DNA of 64,000 bases from Phoronis australis (taxonomy: Eukaryota; Animalia; Phoronida), in contig NMRA01000330.1 of assembly GCA_002633005.1 (NCBI GenBank), positions 434,001-498,000 of the forward strand. The letters run 5' to 3'. How positions within the stretch are numbered: position 1 is the first letter of the stretch; each line of letters begins with the position of its first letter. Made by a program: the position numbers and the translations under genes. The notes below the pieces were generated by a model that was not told the origin of the DNA, searched no databases, and saw nothing but the letters and a program-made list of their open reading frames with translations. Shown in pieces: positions 53,701 to 64,000 of the stretch.

Positions 53701-56700
53701 TTAATAGCTTAATCATCTAGACTTTAAAACCAGTATATGAATAGAGACTTCGAAAAGTATCTGTTAGTATAAATAATTATTACTTTTCAAACAAGAGCAA
53801 AGCCGAGCGTTGAAATGCGCCCATGAATGCACTACAAAGGTGTGTTTCTAGGGTGTTAGGGTGTTTATTTGTATCATTAAAATGGCCACTAGATAGTGCA
53901 AAATATTTCGAATCCATCAAAAAACTGGAAAATGTCACCAGGTTTTTAACAGAAAGCTATTTACCACTATGAATTTCATGAAAATCCGTCAAAAGACTTA
54001 AGCAAAACAGAAATTGCCACTAGGGGACAAAGGTTCATCGGATCCGTCTGAAAGTTGCCATCTTCCGTTGTCAATGTCATATAAACACACTTGCTAAATT
54101 TAATTTTTAAACGTTCTACAGAGGGCTTAGGAGAAACAGCTAAAGGCACAAAAAACTGCCACTATGAGGCGCCACAGTAATTGAAGACGGAAAATTATCG
54201 TCAACCGTCCTTCACACTAACACATTAATATAAGCCAATTTTCACAATCATCCTTAGAGTGGTTTGGTTGACAGAGGGCGGATGGCAAAAACAGACTAGA
54301 AAACAGAAAAAAATGGCCACTAGATGGCGCAAAATATGCCGAATCCAACTGAAAACTGGAAAATGTCACTGTTTCTCTAAAAGAAAACTATTTTATTAAC
54401 AAATTTCATGAAAATTCATCGAGAAACTTCAGCTAAACAGAGGAAAACAGAAAAAATTATATTGCCTCAAGAGGGCAGTGTTAGTCAGACCTGTCAGAAA
54501 GTCATCGTCTTCCGTTGCTAACTTTATATTAAACACATTTGCTACATTTAATAAAGATCCTGTAAAGCGTTAAGAAGATACAGCCATGAGCACAAAAACA
54601 AACAAAACTGCCAATAGGAGTCGCCACAGTAGTCGAAGTCGTCGGAAAATCATCGGCAACCGTCCTCTTCATAGTAAGAACATACATGTCAATTTTCGCG
54701 ATCATCCTTAGAGTGGTTTGGTTGACATAGGGGCGGACGCCAAACATTAGACTCGAAAATAGTAAACATGGCCCCTAGATGGTGCAAAATGCCTCGAATC
54801 CGTCCGAAAGCGGGAGGATAGCATCAGCTCATTTATAGATGCCTATGTGCCAAGTTTCATGAAAATCAGTTGAGGACCTTTGAAGACACAGAGGCAAATG
54901 TACAAAATTAAAATTGCCACTAGGGGGCACAGCAGTATTTGGGTCGGTCCAAAACTTGTCGCCCTCTGTTATGAACCCCAAAGGAACACACCTGCCAAAT
55001 TTCAATTAGATCCTGTAAGGGGACGCCGGATGCCCAGACAGAGATGACGGCAATATGCACCCACATGTAAATATGTGGACAATAAAAAGTTGACAAAGGT
55101 CATCTTGTTGAAAAATCCGAAATTTCAGAGCAACAATTTGTTAATGCACACACCGATTACCTCCAGCATTCTCAACAACTTCCTATTTACAATCTTTGAC
55201 ATATCTCCTGAGGAGCTATAAAGCCGACTTAAGGCATACATGGGACCAGAAAAAAATGTCCACCTTTGGAACGTCCCCGGACATCTCAGAAATGACAGAT
55301 TGGATTCATGAGAGAATTTCAGATATTGCCATTATGCACTGTTCTTCAAAATCTTTTTGGAATTTCTTTTAAAAGTTTCCTCTTTTGCATGAGGGCTATT
55401 TTGTTATGCAAAAACTATCTGTATTACCACAATTTTCCATTATGACGGCCAAGTGCTCATGGAATTCCCCACCAGGGGGAGCTAGAACGATTCTTGACTG
55501 GTCATTACCTGCCATGACAGACAAGGGAACCACATTTTCTCTACTCATGTTTGGCATGTATCGTACTTACCATGTGTCAGCTGTTCATCGTCGACCTGTA
55601 GTGACTTTAGTTCACTCTCTGCCTGGAAAGGAAGTGAACGATCATGTGTACTATATTGTTTTGGAAAATTTGACTCTTGTCGTTTACCTTGAAGGCATCA
55701 GTATTACAAGTTTTACTTCACAAGGGCATCCTTTTTGTCAGTTATTCCAAAACATGTCTGACATTATTTCCAAGTTTAAGTTTGACTTTTCTTTACATTA
55801 TTCCAAAGGGATGGAATCATTAGGGAGAGAGGGTGCTTGAAGGGAGGAGGTGAGGGGGACATGAAAGAAGGGAGGGAGCAAGAGGGAAAGTAAAGATGGG
55901 AGGGGGTGAGGAGGACAGGAAGGACGGGAGGGGCAAGGGGAACAGGAAGGGGCGAGGGGGAAAGAGAGGGGGTGCCAGAAAGAAACGAAGGGAGGGAGGG
56001 GGACCAGGTGGAAAGGAAGGAAGGATGGGAGAGAACAAACCAAATACCTTTCTCAACAACTGCATAGCTTCGTTGACCCTGCCTTGATGGAATGACAAGA
56101 TACCTTGCAACAAATGTAGCCTCATGAACAGTGCAGTCTCTGTGCCCACCTCTCCCTGCAACATGAGGTTCAGACTCTCTTCCCAGCTCACACTCCCAGA
56201 TAAAGGCTCACATAACATCACGAATAGTTCAAACTCTCTGCACAATCACCTTGCCATATAAGGTTGATGTAACCTAATTTATGAATAGCTCTCAGACTCT
56301 CTGCCCAACTAACCTTGCCATACAAGGTTCATGTGCAGCCGATTAGTCATGAGCACCCAGAGAAAAATGCACATTAAACTTTCTAATTGCTTCAAAAACC
56401 TAAATACATTTTAATGAGACTGAGGTGCAGTGAGTAAATATATGCCTCAGTCAAATGGAAAATAACGTAGATTTAATGGATTTTAATAAAAACTTCATGC
56501 ACAATCAATTGCGACCATAAATTAAATAAATTATTGCCGAACTTTTAAATTTTGTACAAACAGCATTAGTCCTGTGCTTTCTGTAAAAACAAGTTTTGAT
56601 TCATCCCACTTACCATGCGGTTATAAAATTGCTTTTGTCTCGTTCCATGCTCAGTTAAGAGGTGGCAGGCATGGGAAGAACAGACAGTTCAGACCTGGCT

Positions 56701-59700
56701 CACTCTATACAAACAACAAACTGACAGACAAGTTCTCTCCACTCACAGAAATCGCACCTAACTTGACAGGAACAATTTGGGGCCAATTTTATAATCATGG
56801 TATTACTAAGTGACCTAATCGAAAGCGTGTTTTTTTTGACAGAAAGCATGGGTTCAATTATGTTGCTTTAAAATAGCTGGCTTTTATCACCTTGACAGCT
56901 TTCAGTCGTTCTAAGTTGGCACCATAACTTTTGTAGAAGCACTGTTCACAAGTCGTCAATCTGACTTCTGAAAACAAAGAAAACACTGTCAAGAAAACAC
57001 TGTCAAGAAAACAATGCCAAGCTGGCAGAAACATGCGTTCAGTAGTTTTGCTCACAATTTTTCCAGATGAACTCCATAAAAAAACTATGCATCTCAGACA
57101 TGTCTGCATGCGGTGTATGTGTAGTGACATTGAGATACGCCTGCACACAGTGTATGTGGGGTGACAGTGAGATACGCCTGCACCCAGTGTATGTGGGGTG
57201 ACAGTGAGATACGCCTGCACCCAGTGTATGTGGGGTGACAGTGAGATACACTTACACGCAGTGTATGTGGGGTGACGGGGATGTGCCCGCATGCAGGGTG
57301 TGTGGGGTGATGGGGATGTGCCTGCACGTGGTTTATGTGGGCTGACAGGAAGATTTGTGTACACGTAGTGTAAGTGGGCTGACATGGAGATGTGTCCGCA
57401 TGCAGTGCATGAGGGGTGACAGTGAAGAAATGAGAACTGTCTGTTAAAAAGTTGTGTCCAAAATTGATCACAATTTGATCTTTAATAAGATCAGAAATGA
57501 TTTTCGTTACTGATTGAGACAATGCTTGGCACATAAAATGACCTGCTAACTGGAAGAACGTTATCTGAAGCAATAATGAACCTCAGTCCATTAATTCTTC
57601 TCAAGGCCTGAAATGACCTCCAGTTTGACCTTGGAATAATTTGAGACCAAATTCGTAGTGGTAAGTGATCTGAACCAAAAGTCATTTTTTGTGATATAAG
57701 GTGAGTTTATAGCCACTATAATATACCATAATGACAAGAAGAAAAAAACAATACCAGATCTAACAAAAGAGTGGGTCTAAACTGACCACAACCTTATCAC
57801 TTGCCTCTTTGCTGTCCAATCCAGTCAAAGCCATAAGTGGTTTTGTCATGGATTTCAGACATCGATATCGCTAACTTTTAAGAACCCTGGATTTTCAAAA
57901 CTTCCGGTTGAATGATGTAAGCATACCTGCGTCAGGTAACTTGCGAATATTAAGCAAACCTGCGCCAGGCAACTCACAAATATTAAGCATACCTGCGTCA
58001 GGTAACTTACGAATATTAAGTATACCTGCGTCAGGTAACTTACAAATATCAAGCATACCTGCATCAGGTAACTCACGAATATTAAGCATACCTGCATCAG
58101 GTAACTCACGAATATTACGCAAACCTGCGTCAGGTAACTCACGAATATTAAGCATACCTGCATCAGGTAACTCGCGAATATTACGCATGCACAGGTAACA
58201 CCAAACTATGTCCAGACACAACACAGCGTAATTATCCACACAGTTTAGGATGTCGGCGCGACATTTCTTGAACTCTTCGTCCGCCTCCAGCAGATAGAGC
58301 AGGCCTTCAGAATACTGCTGTTGCTTCAGCACAGACTTGCCTTTCTCATGCAAGGTCATGGCCAAGGCCAGAGCCTAGGGTCAGCAATGAAAAGAACAAA
58401 TAAAAATTATAACAATGGAAACAAATATCAAGAGGAGCAATGTTACACTGATTGCTCACAGAATGAATATATGCCAATTTTCAAAATCATCCCTAAAGCG
58501 GTTTGGTTGATAGAACGGCGGACGCCAAAAAACAGACTCGAAAACAGTAAAAATGGCCACTAGGTGGCGCAAAGTACCTCGAATCCGTCCCAAAATGAGA
58601 GGATGGCATCACCACACTAACAGATGTCTAACTGTTAAATTTTATGAAAATCCATAGAGGACCCCCAAATCTACAGACTGGTAAGCGTAAAAAAATTAAA
58701 ATTGTCACTAGGGGGAACAACAGTAGTCGGAGAGGTCCGAAATTTGTTGTCATCCTTCGTCAGCTTCATGGAAACACATCTGCCAAATCTAATTAAGATC
58801 CTATGAGGGCTTAAGGAGATAAAGCCGTGGGCGCAAAAACAAACAAAACTGCCACTGGAAGGCGCCACAGTTGTCGGAAAATCGTCAGTCGCCCTCTTCA
58901 CAGTAAGAACATGAGAACTTTCAAAATCATCCCTATAACACCTTGGTTGATAGAATGGCGGACGCCTAACAACAAATTTTAAGAAAATTCGTTGAGGACC
59001 TCCAAAGATACAGAAGTAAGATAAAAAAACTAAATTGCCACTAGGGTGCACACCGGTAGCTGGGGAGGTCCGAAATTCGTTGTCGTCCGTCGTCAGCTTC
59101 ATACAAACACATCTGCCAAATCTCATCAAGATCCTGTGAGGGTTTTAGGAGATACAGCTGCGGACGCCGCACACTCGGACGCCCAGACAGAGATGACGGC
59201 AATATGGGATCAAATATAAACATGTAGGCGCATAAAAATGAAAGAAAACATGGACACTGGACCAGGTTCTACCAACCTACCTTACTTTCTTCAGCTGGTA
59301 ACTTGAGGGGCTTGCCAGTCTGGTCAGCTATCTGCACCTCATACTTCTTGTCAGGATCATTGTCTGAATCATAGCAAGCATTATAAGCTGAGTTAAAGGG
59401 GTTACAAACATAGTTCTGGCCAATTAACAGAATACTAAACACGACTTTCCTAATCTGGTTCAATCTCTGAAACAAAATTATGCTCTCATGACTGTAACCC
59501 TTGACAACACTCAAGCGTTTTGAGAAAAATTTGAAAACTCCTTTTGAAGTCTTCTAAATGCGCAAACGTTACCTAATACACTTTCAGTGAAATACATGGC
59601 ATCTATGGGAAAAGATCACACACCAAGGACCATAATGTCCAATTTGCGAGATAGGGGGTATGAGTTTTTAGTTTAGTTGATTCCTGCTTGTATCTAGTTT

Positions 59701-62700
59701 CAAGATTGATACAATTTAGGGGATTTTATCTATGGTGCTCCTTTTGTTTTTCAAATGCATTATGAGATGGCTGTCAACTCACAAACATCCAATGACATTA
59801 CAGAACAATGACAACAAACAGCATTTGTCACCAAAATTGGAGGCACGGGTCCACTGCAACATGTTTTTGCCATGAGTAAGACTAATAACCATATCGTGTA
59901 ATATTTAATTTATAAAAAATTTAAGTGATTGTTACAAATGCATCGAATAAATTGACTGTCAGCAAATCAATGCCACAATGAGCCAGTAAAGAGCCTGGTG
60001 ATAAACCTGTGACCGGTCTTTTGTTCTGTGTCATTTCGCTCTGCATAACAGATTGTTTGTCCAAGCAGCTACCCTATAATTTCATTACATAAAGACCCTG
60101 TCATGCAAAACTCGTAGTGTCTGGAATTTGACAAGTATCAACTTACAGATAAAATCTAAAACCATCAGTGTCCAAAATTTCAAAATCAGGAAAATTCCAC
60201 GCAGTTCCGTATTTCAGACTTCAATTCGTTAGGTTAAATGATGTTGCCAACACAGGTGGCATGCAAACCACACTTTAAAACGTTTGTAAATGTCAGTTTT
60301 CAATGAGCTAAAAACTCACCATCAATACTTTCTGACAACAGCTGGGCTGCTTCTTTAGTCTTAGCTAACTTGGAGAAATACTCAGACTCTCGACTTGCAG
60401 CTTCTGTTGTGCCCACAGCCATGACTGTCGCGTTGTTCTAGAAAAGACAAGTTAACTCTTCATCAGTTGCTAATCACAATAACTCGCATGAACAAGAACT
60501 ATTCCTCAAGCTGACTTCGGAATGTGGCAGATGCATGGCCAGTGTATCATAATGCATGGCCAGTGTATCATAATGCATGGCCAGTGTATCATAATGCATG
60601 GCCACTGTATCATAATGCATGGCCACTGTATCAGAATGCATGGCCACTGTATCATAATACATGGCCACTGTATCATAATGCATGGCCACTGTATCATAAT
60701 GCATGGCCAGTGTATTATAATGCATGCATGGCCAGTGTATCACTTTGGCATATGTCAGAATTACCAAAATTACACAACAAAAACCTACTATTGCCCACCT
60801 TCACATTTTGCTCTACCAAAGCTGTATTATCCTGAATAATGCGTCCACAGCAGATCAACTTCAACAGCTCTGATGTAGTCTGGCATTTCTCAGCCACCCT
60901 GTGTTTAAGATTCAGTCCAGTGGAGTCGAGAGGGATCTCAACAGTGAATGATTTAGGTCCGCCCTGCAACATACAACAAACATCAAATTCAAGCACACAC
61001 TAAACTATTAGCATCAAGGTACCTTACAGCAAAAATCTTCAGCGACTTTTTGTTACTAGTATTCGAAAAACTTGACCACGTTACTTCCTATGGCTGTGTA
61101 ATGAATGGATTGTGGTGATACTGGCAGTGATGAAGAGGTCTATGATTAGGAAAGTGATGATAATTCACGATATGGTGGCAACAAAAAAGATGACAAAAGT
61201 GATGACGACGATGATGATGATGATGGAAATGATGATGAAGATGATCATGATAATGAAGACAATGGTAATGATGATAATGGCGATGAAGATGATGAAAATG
61301 AAGATGATGAAAATGACGAAGAAGATGATGATGACGATGTAGATGATAACTATGAATATGATGACGACGAAGATGAAGATGATGATGAAGATGATGATGA
61401 CGACGAAGGTGAAGATGATGATGAAGATGATGATGAAGACGAAGATGATGATAAAGATAATGGCTGTGAGGATGATGACACTTCTAAAGATAGTCAGTTC
61501 CTGGAAGTCCTATCTGCAGTCCTATCAGACATAACTAACTATAATAATAATTATTACAACTACACCAGAGCATAGTTCACACACTGACCTGTTTGACTAC
61601 TAAGCCCGCCATTCTCACTTTCACCGTGGCAACACCTGACTTCTGGAATCTCTTCCGTGCCGATAGTTTGTCCACAGCATGCTGCCTCAGTCTCTCCAGT
61701 ATCTGCTCAACCTGCGCACTGTCCAGACCCAAGTGGCTAGAGTACTGGTCAATCAGAGCCTGTGAAAGAGACCTCGGTACACATAATGTGTCAATACAGT
61801 GGTGTGGTGATCAGTTGAATATTTCTATTTCACAGTTGAAAAACAAAATCTTGGTACACACAGCACCCAATAACCAGTTTGTAAATATTATGATGAGAAT
61901 TTAGTTGGATTTGAAGATTCCATAATATCAATAAACTAATAGATAAAATAAATAAGAAGGAATCGGGCCATTGGATTTACAGACACGACCTGTAATGATT
62001 GTGGCAACAGATTTGAACAAAAGCACAACAGATAAAGTATTCACAAGACTGGTCACTTAATTTTTAATAACGCTCAGTTCAACTGAAAGCCACACGTCAT
62101 TCAAAATGTAGTGGGGACATTGTATGTTCAAGTGAAATTGTCACATATTAACACAATGATAGTTTTGGGAATCAACATAGCAAGAACTAGGGTTGAAACT
62201 TCGTCAAGTCGTAAAAATACGAATGTCATAAAACTTAGAGACACATAAACACTGATGAGAGATAGCGACACTGGTTTCCGTTTTCAGAAGCATAGTTTTC
62301 CATTTTAAAAACATAAAATTCCATTTTTCGCTTTTTGTACATTTAAGCAAAATTCTGTTTTACTCTATTTAAGTGGTAAATTACATGAATACCTTTACTG
62401 ATGAATTATGCAACAGCACTCCTTTAAAGATAACTGCCTGCCATGTTTATTGTTTCTCAAAATTGGAAATAGATGAGTGGCACTTTCAGTAATAGCACAG
62501 CGCCCCTTCAGTAAGAATGAGCAACTATTTGAACATGTCCGCTACAAAATGAAAAATGATTGATTTAAGGCCAAAATTGCTGAATTTTATAAACAATTAT
62601 TATAATTATTACTGACGCTCATCCATGAATTTTGTTTTCCACTCTCCCAGAAAACCAGGGTCTCTGCAGTCGCCAACCTGGGTCAGTTAATAGAAGGAGG

Positions 62701-63273
62701 CAGGTCAGATTTGGAAATAAATCTATCTAGTACTCAACTAACGGGAGAATTGTTACAGCTGAGTTTCTATCAAGTACCAGGGTCAAATCTTAATACTTGA
62801 GCATATTTTTTCAAATTTTTTGTCTTTTTTGTGCGAACTCACTCAAGATAAGTGTCTAATATTGTGTGCTCAAGTATATTGCGGTTTACACAGACGAGAA
62901 TCAATAATCAAGTTCTCACTCGTTCCAAGTAAAAACTTAAACATTTGACTTCAGACTCATTCGTTTAATTGTACTAGTGTCATCAACTTCAAACTAGTCA
63001 GTCGTCCACATCAACCATAGTATACTCAAGCACAGCTTGATAAGGCCCTAGGACCAGGAGTCTTTGATCAATTGATCATTTGCACACCATAAACACACAG
63101 TCAAGTCATAATCAGCATATTTTGTGAGTGTATACCTGTGGTTTCTCTCCTTTCAATCCTTCCTCAGTAGTATACGGTGGGAACCACAGCTGCACCTTGT
63201 CCCGAGTCAAGTGTGAACGGATGATATTTTCAAGTTCATCTTGCTGACAAATGTTACTGTCCGAGTTATCCAT
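47701..63273 (-). CDS. NUB1: NEDD8 ultimate buster 1 (UBL domain + 3 UBA domains), 15 coding exons, ~608 aa
   Basis: Exons on the minus strand: 63273-63136, 61759-61589, 60963-60799, 60437-60320, 59363-59281, 58374-58158, 56967-56891, 56155-56048, 55622-55571, 53512-53412, 51677-51589, 50669-50564, 50193-50122, 48952-48793, 47870-47701 (1827 nt, phases consistent). NUB1 signatures recognised: [19 protein letters not shown] (UBL), [63 protein letters not shown] (UBA), EEDYLDLAL. Confidence 0.95.
52519..52740. repeat. 69-bp tandem repeat, ~3.2 copies, in a NUB1 intron
   Basis: Unit tgtgaaatttcacacacagacgtcaagacagctccagaacagactctgtcaaacattggttgaagcaaa. Confidence 0.92.
52890..53184. mobile_element. 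MITE with ~45-bp TIRs, CCC/GGG-type termini (animal CACTA/EnSpm-like), possible 2-bp AA TSD
   Basis: gggggtcacccatattgactaggtgcccgcagg vs cctgcgggcaccttgtcgatatgagtgaacccccc. Confidence 0.75.
53790..55088 (+). mobile_element. DINE-1/HINE-like (Helentron-associated) non-autonomous element with three internal ~430-455-bp tandem units
   Basis: Begins aacaagag. atggccactagat..gcaaaa recurs at ~53882, ~54313 and ~54768. Ends ggacgcc..cagacagagatgacggcaata, then the hairpin ccacat-gtaaat-atgtgg, then ataaaaa. Class assigned from remembered DINE-1/HINE architecture. Confidence 0.65.
55818..56035 (+). repeat. Polypurine G/A-rich tract (polypyrimidine on the NUB1 sense strand) just downstream of the NUB1 exon 8 donor
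   Basis: About 220 nt almost entirely A/G. Confidence 0.85.
57095..57425. repeat. 37-bp minisatellite, ~9 diverging copies
   Basis: Unit gagatacgcctgcacccagtgtatgtggggtgacagt. Confidence 0.9.
57919..58188 (-). repeat. 33-bp tandem repeat x8 spanning the 3' end of NUB1 exon 6 and its splice donor
   Basis: Plus-strand unit aagcatacctgcgtcaggtaacttgcgaatatt; translates on the minus strand as ([11 protein letters not shown])n. Confidence 0.95.
58465..59238 (+). mobile_element. Second, 5'-truncated copy of the DINE-1/HINE-like family
   Basis: Shares aaaatggccactag.tggcgcaaa, aaaacaaacaaaactgcca and the terminal gcccagacagagatgacggcaatatg...ataaaaa with 53790-55088. Confidence 0.7.
60531..60742. 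repeat. 21-bp minisatellite, ~10 copies
   Basis: Unit atgcatggcca(g/c)tgtatcata. Confidence 0.93.
61112..61480. repeat. Degenerate (GAT/GAA/GAC)n trinucleotide microsatellite in NUB1 intron 2
   Basis: gatgacgacgatgatgat...gaagatgatgat seen directly. Confidence 0.9.
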
Positions 63274-64000
63274 CTTGCTCAATCTATGGCACCAGCCTGA
63301 AACTACAGAAATACTTTGTCAATTAAGAGTAAAAATAGCAGAATTGGTTCTGGTCTGGGATTTTTGAAGACCATTGTCTGTATTTTTAAAGAGAAAGACG
63401 TCTAATGCCAGCTGCTCGAAAAAAGTTTGATTACATGGGAAAGTCATGGGAGCATGTATTCGAGTTTGAAGGAATTAAAGGCATGGACGGCTCCTTAAGA
63501 TGTCCCTCTATGTGAAAAAGGTACTTATAACAACATGGCTTTGATGCTTTAATCAGTGTGAGGCATAACTCGCTGAGAAGCGTCCGATATATGAGTTCCA
63601 CCGTCCAGACACTAAAAAGGAGAGAAAGAAAGGCAGACGGTGGCGACGGTCGTTGGCACTGTCTAGTAGTCAGTAGTAGTGTCTAGCGAGAGGCTAGGCA
63701 ATGACCATCGCCTCTGTTGGCCCGAACCAGAGGCGATGTAGAGGCTATAGGCGCTCTGTACGCCGGAAGCTTTTCGGCGAATTATGCCTCGCACCGACTA
63801 AACTTTCAAAGCCACGTTGTTATAACTACCTTTTGCGCATAGACGAACACCTTAGGAGGTTGTCGATGTGTTTAAGTTCTTCCAACTCGAACAAATACTC
63901 CCGTTATGAAACTTTTTCTTCGAGCACTCCCTATTTCAGTTCCCAAAATCGTGAAATCAAAATTTTCATTTTTTCAACCAGGCCGAAGGTCAGAAGTTGC

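Noticed and set aside
55820-56087. Pro-rich and Gly/Arg-rich ORFs
   Set aside because: They are translations of the polypurine tract. Only 56048-56155 is a real NUB1 exon.
57095-60742. Short tandem arrays (37, 33 and 21 bp) as CRISPR-like arrays
   Set aside because: Units are contiguous with no unique spacers, there are no cas genes, and the context is eukaryotic introns.
60474-61534. Repetitive Met/His/Cys-rich ORFs
   Set aside because: By-products of the 21-bp minisatellite and the GAT microsatellite within NUB1 introns.

Overview
Eukaryotic, AT-rich, intron-rich animal genomic DNA. It is probably from a marine invertebrate, but the organism cannot be determined from the window. I reconstructed three complete spliced genes by hand, each with GT-AG introns and consistent exon phases: (1) a vesicular zinc transporter of the SLC30/ZnT2-3-8 type (+, 4951-12363, 6 exons, ~473 aa); (2) a single-domain, apparently soluble angiotensin-converting-enzyme-like M2 peptidase (+, 29106-37730, 11 exons, ~655 aa); (3) NUB1 (-, 63273-47701, 15 exons, ~608 aa, UBL plus three UBA domains). 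Between them lie weakly supported, decayed LRR-gene relics on the minus strand, many non-autonomous DNA elements (MITEs, DINE-1/HINE-like elements, a family carrying a tRNA-like module), minisatellites and an assembly gap. Two observations stand out. Tandem duplications repeatedly straddle exon-intron junctions, including a 33-bp x8 array that gives NUB1 exon 6 a ladder of in-frame splice donors. The ACE first exon, if unspliced, reads as a short amidated-peptide precursor (signal peptide...KK...GKR).
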